Shown: piece by piece, positions 30,160 to 39,376 of the stretch | Numbering within the stretch: position 1 is the stretch's first letter | Layout of the letters: each line of letters opens with the position of its first letter | Source of the DNA: an uncultured Halobacteriales archaeon | Lineage (GTDB): Archaea; Halobacteriota; Halobacteria; Halobacteriales; Hikarchaeaceae | NCBI GenBank assembly: GCA_964597855.1 | Contig: CAZQZO010000007.1 | Span: 3,094 to 67,093 of the forward strand | Reading direction: 5' to 3' | Length of the DNA stretch: 64,000 nt | Notes under the pieces: generated by a model | What the model saw: only the letters and a program-made list of their open reading frames with translations | What the model was told of the DNA's origin: nothing | The model's database searches: none | Program-made: the position numbers and the translations under genes

Positions 30160-30294
30160 ACTATCTGACTCAATTACTAATTATAAAACTTTTTTCACAT
30201 GGTTTTCTATTCGTTTTAAGCCTTCAAATTTTATTAATTCTCTTCTCCACCGCTATTGGATTACTTTATTGGTAGCTATCGCCTATATACAACT

Positions 30295-31080
30295 ATGCAT
30301 CGACGAGGTTTCATATCACTCCTGGTGGCCATATCTGTTTCTGGATGTTCCCAAATCTCAAATCTTCGAGGCGAGAAAGAACAAACCTCTGTAACTGAAA
30401 AAACAAATCCACCGCCATCTAGTAACACTGAAAAAAAAGGCATCATAAGCCGTATTAACCCCTTCAAGAAGGATCCAAAATCCGACCCATTAGTAGACAC
30501 CGATGGAGATGGGATGGTGGATTCTAAAGATTATGCACCCTGGGATCCAAACGTACAAAGAAAGTCAGATGTATCGGATGTCAGTAGTGCCGATCCCCCT
30601 GCAGAATCCCCCCCTGCAGAATCTCCCCCTGCAGAATCCCCTCCAGCAGCAGCACCTCCTGAAGCAGCACCTCCTGCAGCAGCATCACCACCCGAAACTT
30701 TGCCCTCCCTTGAAATAGCAAATTTAGTATCTGCTTTAACTTCTACAAGTGACGTTACTAACAACAAATTGACTAGCTCCAAAGTCGGTGATTCCCTCTT
30801 AATAGCATTCAAATACCGCGCATTGGTTCATCCCTCTGGAAACTACAAAGTCCGAGAACAAGTCACTCTCACCAACAAATCCACATCAACTGAAGTGACA
30901 ACAAAATCTAAAACCTCGGAGGGCACGGGAAAACCTGGAAATGTACAAATCATAGTCCACGCTATCCGTTTCCCAACCACCTCTCTTTCCCCTGGTACCT
31001 ACAACGCAAAAATTTTGCTACGCGATGAAATAGACCTAAAAGTATCTAAGGCTTTAACTGTTGAATTTACCTTGACTTAG
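30295..31080 (+). CDS. Tat-exported lipoprotein with a Ca-binding-like DTDGDG motif, Pro/Ala linker and beta-rich C-terminal domain
   Basis: From ATG 30295: MHRRGFISLLVAISVSGC (RRxF plus lipobox); DTDGDGMVDSKDYAPWDP; PPAES repeats. Confidence 0.8.
   Translation: MHRRGFISLLVAISVSGCSQISNLRGEKEQTSVTEKTNPPPSSNTEKKGIISRINPFKKDPKSDPLVDTDGDGMVDSKDYAPWDPNVQRKSDVSDVSSADPPAESPPAESPPAESPPAAAPPEAAPPAAASPPETLPSLEIANLVSALTSTSDVTNNKLTSSKVGDSLLIAFKYRALVHPSGNYKVREQVTLTNKSTSTEVTTKSKTSEGTGKPGNVQIIVHAIRFPTTSLSPGTYNAKILLRDEIDLKVSKALTVEFTLT
30595..30684 (+). repeat. Six tandem 15-bp coding units (PPAES x3, PPAAA, PPEAA, PPAAA)
   Basis: CCCCCTGCAGAATCY x3, then CCTCCAGCAGCAGCA, CCTCCTGAAGCAGCA, CCTCCTGCAGCAGCA. 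Confidence 0.92.
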
Positions 31081-31125
31081 TCTTCTCAAATTTCTTTTTC
31101 TATCTCTTCTAAACTATAGTTTGAT

Positions 31126-31198
31126 TGGGGCCGCTGAGATTCGAACTCAGGTCCGACGACCCCCAGCCGCCGAGGATACCAAACTACCCCACGGCCCC
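31126..31198 (-). tRNA. tRNA-Pro(GGG), no intron, CCA not encoded
   Basis: GGGGCCG TG GGGTAGTTTGGTATCCTC GGCGG CTGGGGG TCGTC GGAC CTGAG TTCGAAT CTCAG CGGCCCC A. Confidence 0.95.
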
Positions 31199-31223
31199 AT
31201 AGGAAAACCGTAGATCTGGTCGC

Positions 31224-31238
31224 GGTTTAAGCCCTTCG
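31224..31238 (-). promoter_or_regulatory. Probable BRE/TATA promoter of tRNA-Pro
   Basis: Minus strand reads GAAGGGCTTAAACC about 26-40 nt upstream of the mature 5' end. Confidence 0.65.
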
Positions 31239-31250
31239 AATCTCTATCTC

Positions 31251-32135
31251 TCACATCAATACACGTTCTAATTCTACTACCTTTCCCTTCTTTGAATCAA
31301 TTTTTCCAGCGTATTTCCCAAGACAAACGGCAGAACCCTCCTGTGTGTAACATACCACTCGCATACCTTCTGCCAAGATTTCCTTTTTCTCTGCAGAAAT
31401 TATTCCTGGTGCATATACGGGGGCACCATTTGCAACCTGCATGGCAGCTGTTTGTGAAATTATTATTTTTGGTATTCCCTCTAAAATTGACTCTGCTGGA
31501 TGTATTATTTCTCTTATCAACTCTTCATTTCCTTCTTGCTTCCAAATTTCCACCGCATCAACCAATTCGTGCAATTTTGATAGTCCCCCATCATCAAATG
31601 GATAACTTTTCGTGCGCCGAAGATCCCCCATATGCGCCCCTTGTCCTAAAATTAGACCTATATCGTGACATAATTTCCTAATATATGTTCCACTTTCACA
31701 CTCAACTCTAAGGAGTGCCTTTCTCTCTTTGATTTCAAGTAGTTCTATGTCGTATATTTCGCGAACGCGCAATTTTCGCGAAACCGCACTTTTTTTCGGT
31801 GGTTTTTGATAAATTTCTCCCTTAAATTCTTCTAAAATCTGATTTAATTCTGTTTCATTTCTCCCCCCTTCATGCAATTCTAAGACCACTACGTATTCTT
31901 TTTTACCCAGTAGTAATTTTGATAACCGCGTTGCATCCCCTAGTAAGATTGGTAAACACCCTGTGACCTTTGGATCCAATGTCCCCGAATGAGCTGTTTT
32001 CCCAACTTCCACTATCTCTCTAACCCACGCCGAGATTTGGTGGGAAGAAGGACCTGCGGGCTTGTCTATATTTACTACTCCAAATGACATCAGCTCAGAT
32101 ATACTCCTACTTTCAGGTGGTTCTCTAAGCTTCAT
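31251..32135 (-). CDS. cbf5: H/ACA pseudouridine synthase Cbf5 (TruB family, with PUA domain)
   Basis: DKPAGPSSH, HSGTLDPKVTG, YQKPP..SAV, CESGTYIRKLCHDIG. Confidence 0.96.
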   Translation of the reverse strand: MKLREPPESRSISELMSFGVVNIDKPAGPSSHQISAWVREIVEVGKTAHSGTLDPKVTGCLPILLGDATRLSKLLLGKKEYVVVLELHEGGRNETELNQILEEFKGEIYQKPPKKSAVSRKLRVREIYDIELLEIKERKALLRVECESGTYIRKLCHDIGLILGQGAHMGDLRRTKSYPFDDGGLSKLHELVDAVEIWKQEGNEELIREIIHPAESILEGIPKIIISQTAAMQVANGAPVYAPGIISAEKKEILAEGMRVVCYTQEGSAVCLGKYAGKIDSKKGKVVELERVLM

Positions 32136-32661
32136 CACCAAACACCTCGACGAATCGCATTATTCTCTCCACCACTTCATTTGCATCTTCTTCGGATGTA
32201 TCAACTACCAAATCATATATTGATAAATCTGAAAAATCAATACCATAATATTCCTCATAACGATGCTTTTCTGATGCTTCTCTTTCTTTCGTTTCTTTTA
32301 AAATCTGGTCTATTTCTCCACCTTCTCTATTCGCAATTCTCCCCCCTCGTATACCAATTGGTGCATCGAGCCATATCCGTATATCTGCGTTTTCACCTGC
32401 CATCCAACCTGCCAACCGCGATTCTATCACGGCATTATCTTTTACCACTGCAATTTGCTTTATATTTTCATCTAACTCTCTATCTATTGAATCATCATCT
32501 TCTGCAACCTTATTCAATTCCCCCACTGATATCCCGCGATCTTCTGCTATTTTTCTAAAGACCGTTCCTCCACTTATATATTCCAAGCCGAGCATACCTG
32601 CTATTCCTTCTGCAACAGTACTTTTACCACTCCCTGGGGGGCCCGAAACGGTTAACAGCAT
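32125..32661 (-). CDS. cmk: Cytidylate kinase (archaeal type)
   Basis: SGPPGSGKST, SGG.VFR, ESRLAGW. Confidence 0.94.
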   Translation of the reverse strand: MLLTVSGPPGSGKSTVAEGIAGMLGLEYISGGTVFRKIAEDRGISVGELNKVAEDDDSIDRELDENIKQIAVVKDNAVIESRLAGWMAGENADIRIWLDAPIGIRGGRIANREGGEIDQILKETKEREASEKHRYEEYYGIDFSDLSIYDLVVDTSEEDANEVVERIMRFVEVFGDEA

Positions 32662-32700
32662 GTGACTTATTCGACCCTCTTAATTAAAAAGAGATCCCTT

Positions 32701-33600
32701 CTACGTTGGACTCGTTCTGATATTCAACGCTTTTCTAATCACCTGGGTAAATGCCATGGAAGACATGAAGTACCATACGATCCACAATTGAATTGGCCCT
32801 ACCAACCCTTCCGTCCAATCCGCTTCTCCCACAAATGGAACTGTTATTGTAACCTCATTCGCATCTATATTTCCACTTAGTATTTTCCAATATATCCACA
32901 AGAATACTGGTATTGTGAATACCATTATCCACACCATCGGGCGAAATTGCAATTTGAACATTCCCATTTGATCTCCCATTGCTGCCATTTGTTCTTCTCG
33001 CAGTCTTTCCATTTCTTCTTTATCTCCACTCTTTTGGGCTTCTTTTTGCCGCTCTTGCAATTCTTTCATTTCGGATTGATATTCTCCCATTTTTTCCATA
33101 TCCATCAAATTGGCCTGGAGAAGCGTGGAATATAACCCCGTAAATAACGCCAGTATCATTATAACAAGATAAAATGGAAGCACAGCATCCGCCGGACCTA
33201 TCAGTAAATCCACACCTCTTCCAATCACCTCTCTGACTTCTGCAAAAGAATACCCTGCAAACAAACTTATTGCAAAAATAGCAGCAGCTTTGTCCCACTT
33301 CGTCCATTTACCCTCTGTATCTGACGTCGTTTTTGATTTTTTTGCCCTCGGCTGATCAAAATTTTCTATCGCCTGTTTGATCGTGACTGCGTCTGAAACT
33401 TGAAAACCCTTTTCACCCTCTTTTAATATTCCCGTTTCTATGAGCCTTCCCCAATGCCCACTCGTAACTTCTCCTCTCACATCTGCCCAGTCCAATTCCA
33501 CCTTACCATCTCCACTTTTTTCAAGAACAGTTCGAATGGATTCAACTATCCCTGCATCTCTCATTATCAACCCTGCAACTTTCCTTTCAATTCGAGCCAT
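32701..33600 (-). CDS. DUF106 / Oxa1-superfamily membrane protein with N-terminal soluble extension
   Basis: TM1, coiled coil, FRPMVW..VFTIP.F, WYF..S; sits between adk and cmk. Confidence 0.85.
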   Translation of the reverse strand: MARIERKVAGLIMRDAGIVESIRTVLEKSGDGKVELDWADVRGEVTSGHWGRLIETGILKEGEKGFQVSDAVTIKQAIENFDQPRAKKSKTTSDTEGKWTKWDKAAAIFAISLFAGYSFAEVREVIGRGVDLLIGPADAVLPFYLVIMILALFTGLYSTLLQANLMDMEKMGEYQSEMKELQERQKEAQKSGDKEEMERLREEQMAAMGDQMGMFKLQFRPMVWIMVFTIPVFLWIYWKILSGNIDANEVTITVPFVGEADWTEGLVGPIQLWIVWYFMSSMAFTQVIRKALNIRTSPT

Positions 33601-33645
33601 TATCTATTCCTCCCAAATCTTTTGTAAGTAGACATTCTCATTTAT

Positions 33646-34275
33646 TTAATCCTCTTCGAAAATTTTTCTAATGCTTTCCCAAACATCTTCTGGATTATCT
33701 CTACCTTCTATCCTTACAAAACCCTCTCGATTGCTGTAGTATTCCAAAACCGGTTCAGTGTATTCTGAAAATACCCTCAATCGATTCAAAATAGTCTCTT
33801 TCTGATCATCCGATCTCTGTGTTAATTCACTACCACATAAATCACATTTTTCCTTCTGTTTTGGGGGGCGAAATTCAATATGGTAATTTTCACCACAAGA
33901 GGAACAAACACGTCTCCCTGCAAGACGTTTAATCAATTCTTCACTTGCTACATCTAGGTATATAACCTTATCAATCTCGGCAATAGCACTCAAATATTCT
34001 GCCTGTTTCCCATTGCGAGGATATCCATCTAGCACAAACCCGTTCGCCTTCTTTATCTCAACTTCTACAATCTCGTTGACGATCGAATCTGGAACTAATT
34101 CACCCCGGTCGATGAAACTTCCCGGGGTTCCCAATTCCGTTTCCAGATCTCTGTTTATTCTTAACGCGTTACCCGTAGTTATATGTGCAATTCCAAAATT
34201 CTCTGATATCAAGCTCCCCTGAGTGCCTTTCCCTGCTCCAGGTGGCCCAAGAAGCACGATTTTGGGCAGTTTCAT
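33646..34275 (-). CDS. adk: Adenylate kinase (Zn-lid type)
   Basis: GPPGAGKGTQ, LDGYPR, CSSC...CDLC lid. Confidence 0.96.
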   Translation of the reverse strand: MKLPKIVLLGPPGAGKGTQGSLISENFGIAHITTGNALRINRDLETELGTPGSFIDRGELVPDSIVNEIVEVEIKKANGFVLDGYPRNGKQAEYLSAIAEIDKVIYLDVASEELIKRLAGRRVCSSCGENYHIEFRPPKQKEKCDLCGSELTQRSDDQKETILNRLRVFSEYTEPVLEYYSNREGFVRIEGRDNPEDVWESIRKIFEED

Positions 34276-34379
34276 ACTCTTTCATTTCGCGGGAACAGTA
34301 ATATGCTTACAGAAAAGTTTTTCCTGTTTTCAATAACCGAATCTTGAAATATATTGAACAATTCTTCCTATGTTGAGAT

Positions 34380-35132
34380 ATGTCATCTAATTATACATTA
34401 ACTCAAAAAGCAATCGCAGAATTTCTTGGAACCTTTTCCATTTTATTCTTCGGTGTTGGTTCCGTAATAATTGAATTTCTGACAGTCCCCGATTCGGTTG
34501 AATATGGCACCTATGTCCTAAATGGATTAGGCCATGGTGCAATTGGGTGGACTGGAATTGCAATCGCCCACCTATTCGCAGTGGGAATTCCAATCTACCT
34601 CTTCGGACGTGTATCTGGGGCCCATATTAACCCTGCTGTAACAATCGCACTTTGGGTCACAAAAAGAATAGACTCAAAAACAAGTGCTGTTTATATTGTA
34701 TCCCAAATTCTTGGAGCAACCATTGCAGGAATACTTTTCGTGTTAGTTCGCGGAACTGTGGCTGCTACCATCGGTGGTATGGGTGCAACTGCACCTTTCC
34801 CTGGTGTAACCGTAGGGCAGGCATTTTTAGTCGAATTCATCATCACCTTCTTTTTAATGTTCGGTGTTATGGCATTCGCCGTCGATTCACGCGCACCAGA
34901 AAATTTCGCTGGATTCGGAATCGCTTCCATCATCGCCATGGGTGTCTTCGCTACCGGGAATATTTCTGGCGCATCATTCAACCCAGCTAGATCTCTCGGA
35001 CCATATATTGTAAATACTATTTATGGGGGGCCCGATCTTTGGGGAGTAGCTTGGATTTATATCCTTGCACCAACCCTCGGGGCAATCGCAGCAGTATACT
35101 TTTACGATCAAATATTCTTAAACTCTGAGTAG
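34380..35132 (+). CDS. MIP/aquaporin-family channel
   Basis: AEFLGT, SGAHINPAVT, SFNPARS. Confidence 0.95.
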   Translation: MSSNYTLTQKAIAEFLGTFSILFFGVGSVIIEFLTVPDSVEYGTYVLNGLGHGAIGWTGIAIAHLFAVGIPIYLFGRVSGAHINPAVTIALWVTKRIDSKTSAVYIVSQILGATIAGILFVLVRGTVAATIGGMGATAPFPGVTVGQAFLVEFIITFFLMFGVMAFAVDSRAPENFAGFGIASIIAMGVFATGNISGASFNPARSLGPYIVNTIYGGPDLWGVAWIYILAPTLGAIAAVYFYDQIFLNSE

Positions 35133-35136
35133 CTTT

Positions 35137-37458
35137 CTATATCTTTTTCTCTTTAATCGCCCGCCACACAACTTCGTCTGTGATGGGCATATCTATCGAT
35201 TTTACGCCCCATGGCTGTAGAGCATCAATCACTGCATTCACTATAGCAGGAGGGGCAGCAATGGCCCCTGATTCCCCCGCACCTTTTGATCCCAATGGAT
35301 TATGGGGACAAGGAGTGACTGTTGATCCTAGTTCTATATCTGGTATGTGGAATGTCCTTGGAAGTGCATAATCCTGTAATGTCCCTGTAAGTAAGTTCCC
35401 TGCACTGTCGTAAACAGTTCTTTCATACAACGCTTGCCCAATCCCCTGTACAATACCTCCATGTAGCTGTCCTTCTACAAGCAATGGGTTAATTTGCACA
35501 CCACAATCATCAACTGCAATATATCGTTCCAATTTAACTTCACCCGATTCCGCATCAACCTCGACTACTGCAATATGTGTTCCAAAGGAATACGCGTTGC
35601 TTACTGGATCGTACAAAGCTTCGGCTTCCAATCCCATTTCTATCTCTTCTGGGAGGCTTTCTTCTCTATATGCCATCATAGCTATTTCCCCTATTTCTAT
35701 CGATTTATCCTTTGAACCTACTACAAAAAAATCACCATCTTCAAATCCGATATCTTCTACAGGGGCTTCAAAATACCACGACGCAATTTGTTTACTTTTA
35801 TCAATTATTATCTCTGCACATTTGACAAGAGCACTTGCGCCCACTGCAATACTTCTACTGCCAAAAGTCCCTACTCCATGCTCCAATGCATCTGAATCTC
35901 CTTCATACACCTCTATCGAATCCATGGGAATTCCTAATTTATCAGACAAAATTTGACGAAATGCTGTTTTGTGACCTTGGCCATGATCCGCGGTCCCACA
36001 ATACACCTTTACACTCCCATCTATTTCAAATATGATCTTCCCACTCTCCGGAACTGATGGGCCCGTGCCTGTATTTTCCACAAAAGTAGAAAATCCAATT
36101 CCAATATACCTATTCTTCTCCCTCAATTCTTTTTGCAAATTCCTGGTTTTATTATAATCAAGCATTTCTAAAGCCTCGTCGAGAGCCAGTTCATAATTTC
36201 CGCTATCATATGTCATCCCGACTGCAGTTTCATAGGGAAATGCCTCGGAGGGAACTAAATTCACACGTCGGAATTCAACAGGATCCATTCCCATTTCTCT
36301 CGCAGCATGGTCCACAACCCTCTCAACAGCGTATATCGCTTCTGGTCTCCCTGCACCTCTGTATGGACCAACCGGAGCCGTGTTGGTGAAAACCCCCTTG
36401 ACATTCCCATATATTGCCGGAATCTGATAGGCTCCTGATGATAAATGTCTAAAATTAGCTGCGGGCGTTTTTCCCCATACAAGATATGCCCCTATGTCAA
36501 AAACAACTTCAAATTCTACCCCCTTTATCTTTCCATTTTTTTCAACTGCTATTTTTCCCTTGACAAAAAATCCCCTCCCATGGTGGTCTGAATGATGCAC
36601 TTCCGACCTTCTACCTGTCCATTTAACTGGACGTTTCAATTGCATAGAACACCACACAACCAATGGATCTTCCACATACGGCGAACCACCTTTACTACCA
36701 AAACCCCCTCCCACATCTGGTGCAATCACCCGAATACGATCTTCTGACAAACCTAGGGCAACAGATATATTCCTTCTAATACCATGTGGCGTTTGAGTCG
36801 AAGTTCTCACCGTAACTCTACCAGTGTCCTCGCTATACTCTGCAATTACACTTCGAGGTTCCATAGCATCTGGATGAAGTTTTTGATTTATCATATCCAA
36901 TTCAAATATGTAATCTGCATCATCAAATGCCGCCCGCGTACTTTTTTCATCTCCATATTCCCAATCCAGCGCTATGTTGTCCTTCCCTTTCCCTATGTGG
37001 ACTATGGGTGCATCTTCTGCCATTGACGTCCAAACATCGCCACTACTCTCTAATCTCTCATATTTGACCTCAACTACAGAAAGCGCTTCGTGTGCCACGT
37101 ATCGATCATCTGCAATAACAATCGCAATCGGTTCTCCTGTGTATCTCACGGATTCTCGAGCCAGGATAGAAAATTTACTGTCCCTTTGCCCCTCGAATGA
37201 CCCTTTTACGTGAAACATCCCCGGAACTTGATCAATTTCTAAATCTTCACTGGTGTATACTGCTATGACCCCTTCAATCTTTTTCGCCGCTTCTACCTCG
37301 ACTGAAACTATTTTTGCATGCGCATGCTGACTTCTGAGAATTGCAGCATAAGTCAATCCATCCGGCTGAAAATCATCTGTATATTTCCCTTCTCCTTTTA
37401 TAAGAGGGACATCTTCAAATCTTGGTATTTCTGTCCCCGAAACTTTCACGTTTGTCAT
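35137..37458 (-). CDS. Xanthine dehydrogenase-family molybdopterin-binding large subunit (CoxL form II-like)
   Basis: RFED..LIKG.G.YTDD, GGGFGSK, PYRGAGRPEA, GHKTAF.QI, QLHGGIVQGIG, KGAGESG. Confidence 0.92.
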   Translation of the reverse strand: MTNVKVSGTEIPRFEDVPLIKGEGKYTDDFQPDGLTYAAILRSQHAHAKIVSVEVEAAKKIEGVIAVYTSEDLEIDQVPGMFHVKGSFEGQRDSKFSILARESVRYTGEPIAIVIADDRYVAHEALSVVEVKYERLESSGDVWTSMAEDAPIVHIGKGKDNIALDWEYGDEKSTRAAFDDADYIFELDMINQKLHPDAMEPRSVIAEYSEDTGRVTVRTSTQTPHGIRRNISVALGLSEDRIRVIAPDVGGGFGSKGGSPYVEDPLVVWCSMQLKRPVKWTGRRSEVHHSDHHGRGFFVKGKIAVEKNGKIKGVEFEVVFDIGAYLVWGKTPAANFRHLSSGAYQIPAIYGNVKGVFTNTAPVGPYRGAGRPEAIYAVERVVDHAAREMGMDPVEFRRVNLVPSEAFPYETAVGMTYDSGNYELALDEALEMLDYNKTRNLQKELREKNRYIGIGFSTFVENTGTGPSVPESGKIIFEIDGSVKVYCGTADHGQGHKTAFRQILSDKLGIPMDSIEVYEGDSDALEHGVGTFGSRSIAVGASALVKCAEIIIDKSKQIASWYFEAPVEDIGFEDGDFFVVGSKDKSIEIGEIAMMAYREESLPEEIEMGLEAEALYDPVSNAYSFGTHIAVVEVDAESGEVKLERYIAVDDCGVQINPLLVEGQLHGGIVQGIGQALYERTVYDSAGNLLTGTLQDYALPRTFHIPDIELGSTVTPCPHNPLGSKGAGESGAIAAPPAIVNAVIDALQPWGVKSIDMPITDEVVWRAIKEKKI

Positions 37459-37693
37459 TGCCTATAGTTTGTGCCACTCTCAGGTTAAGCGTTACTGGAC
37501 TAGCCCCCTCTCTTTAATAAATAATATTTTATATGGCCTCCGTACTCATAGGGTTCGTCATAGCATGGGACTGAGCTCCGAATCTATACCCATCATCGGC
37601 CACTTTACGCTATGCATTCTTACTTTGAAAATCCATTGAATTCCTCCCCTCCCCTCCGAGAAACCTAAGTCCGACCCAATTCTACCTCCTATC

Positions 37694-38071
37694 ATGCCCA
37701 ATTCTTCAACACTAGACGAGATCCCCCTAGACGATCTCATCGGAACCTGCAGAGCAATTATTGGCGATAATCTTCGCTCTGTAACTTATTTTACAGAATC
37801 TAGCCATACTCAGATCTATTTGCGCTCTGATCTAGACAAAGATGCCGACCTCGCGGGTTTCACAGATCTAGAATCTCGCGGATTGGTTGGCGCACCAATT
37901 GCTTATCGCGGATCCGAGCTAGGAAATTATCTATACACTATACGGGCATTCGAGTTTGGATATCTATTACGTGTATTAAAGAATAATAAAGGTGTCTTCA
38001 TAACAACGGACAATATCACATTACAAGATTTTTCAGAAGCATACTTGGCCATCAAACAAATTTTAGCCTAA
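37694..38071 (+). CDS. Conserved hypothetical protein of haloarchaeal type
   Basis: CRAIIGDNLRSVTYF..YLRSDL..ELG.Y..TIR.FE.GY pattern resembles a haloarchaeal uncharacterised family. Confidence 0.7.
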   Translation: MPNSSTLDEIPLDDLIGTCRAIIGDNLRSVTYFTESSHTQIYLRSDLDKDADLAGFTDLESRGLVGAPIAYRGSELGNYLYTIRAFEFGYLLRVLKNNKGVFITTDNITLQDFSEAYLAIKQILA

Positions 38072-38128
38072 TATTCTCTCCCCGATACCATAGAAAAATT
38101 CATGTCCCACCTTCGCGTCTCGTAATCA

Positions 38129-39355
38129 ATGACTATTGAAACAACTGTCGAACTCGAAGGTCATATCATCGATTCTGGCATCATGCAACGTGCATTCGGA
38201 ATCATCATGGATATGGGTGGGACTTTTCACGTTGAACAGTTCGATGTCGGAACGCATAAAAATGAGACTACCTATTGCCGCATGACCGTCTCTGCAGAGT
38301 CTGAAAAACTTTTATTGCCAATTTTACACGAACTCCATCAAAACGGGGCCGCCATAGCCGAGCCCACTGATGCTACCTTAGAACCTTCTCCCTCTTCAAA
38401 AGTTGTCCCCCGTGGATTTTATAGCACGACTCACCACCCCACCGATATACTCTATGAAGGTGAATGGATCTCTGTAGAAAATATAGAAATGGACACTGCA
38501 ATTGTTGTGGATCCTACTACGAAAACAGCTTCAACCAAAGTACTCACCTCCGTTGATGAAAACGATTTGATAGTTACCGGAGAGGCCGGAATTCGAGTAA
38601 AACCCCCCTCTAGACCTCGAGACTCTTCCAGCGGTCCATTTGGATTTATGCAAGGTGGAGTCTCCTCCGAACGCCCATCCGAATCATTGATCAAGAAAAT
38701 AGCAGAAACTATCAAAGCCACGAAAAAACAAGACGGAAAAATACTCGTGGTCCCTGGACCTGCAGTAATACACTCTGGAGCGGGAGATGACTTGTCACGA
38801 TTAGTACACGAAGGCTATGTTGATATGATCTCTGCTGGGAATGGGTTTGCGGTCCATGACATCGAAAGAAATCTCTATGGCACTTCACTTGGTATGAATA
38901 TAACCACACTTGCACATCCTCGGAAAGGACACAAGCATCACATCTACACGATTTCCGAAATAGTTCGTGCTGGCTCTATCAAAGACGCAGTTGAGCAAAA
39001 AATAATCACTGGAGGAGTCATGTACGAGTGCATAACTAATAATATTCCATATGTTCTTGCCGGATCAATTCGAGATGATGGTCCACTCCCTGATACCATC
39101 ACCGACACAATTAAAGCACAAAATGCAATCAGAGAGCAAACACAAAAAGCCGATTTAGTGCTCATGCTTTCTACTCTATTACATTCTGTAGCTGTTGGAA
39201 ATTGCCTTCCTTCTACCACTCCAACCGTTTGTGTTGATATTAATCCCGCAACCGTCACTCAACTTCTCGATCGTGGTTCGTCCCACGCTGTAGGTGTAGT
39301 CACCGATGTTGGCATGTTCATCCCCCGGCTTGCACAGGCACTCCTAGATGAGTAA
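38129..39355 (+). CDS. TIGR00300-family protein (ArgZ/AgrE C-terminal-like; putative ornithine cyclodeaminase)
   Basis: LEGHIIDS, FYSTT.HPT, MD..IVV, FGFM...VSSE, GPAVIH, GNGFAVHD, LAGSIRDDGPLP, HSVAVGN. Confidence 0.85.
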   Translation: MTIETTVELEGHIIDSGIMQRAFGIIMDMGGTFHVEQFDVGTHKNETTYCRMTVSAESEKLLLPILHELHQNGAAIAEPTDATLEPSPSSKVVPRGFYSTTHHPTDILYEGEWISVENIEMDTAIVVDPTTKTASTKVLTSVDENDLIVTGEAGIRVKPPSRPRDSSSGPFGFMQGGVSSERPSESLIKKIAETIKATKKQDGKILVVPGPAVIHSGAGDDLSRLVHEGYVDMISAGNGFAVHDIERNLYGTSLGMNITTLAHPRKGHKHHIYTISEIVRAGSIKDAVEQKIITGGVMYECITNNIPYVLAGSIRDDGPLPDTITDTIKAQNAIREQTQKADLVLMLSTLLHSVAVGNCLPSTTPTVCVDINPATVTQLLDRGSSHAVGVVTDVGMFIPRLAQALLDE

Positions 39356-39376
39356 TTTCTCTTTTATTCTATTTTC

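Noticed and set aside
30595-30684. Possible CRISPR-like or non-coding repeat
   Set aside because: Units are contiguous, in frame, have no spacers and encode a Pro/Ala linker.
25236-31125. Integrated element ending at tRNA-Pro
   Set aside because: No att duplication of the tRNA 3' end or recombinase was seen, and the interval contains housekeeping genes (ilvD, ribL).
31153-31173. Two G-U pairs in the tRNA-Pro anticodon stem
   Set aside because: G-U pairs are tolerated and the rest of the cloverleaf is canonical; not enough to call a pseudogene or editing.
35137-37458. True aerobic CO dehydrogenase
   Set aside because: Lacks the form I AYxCSFR loop and has no adjacent coxM/coxS or accessory genes.
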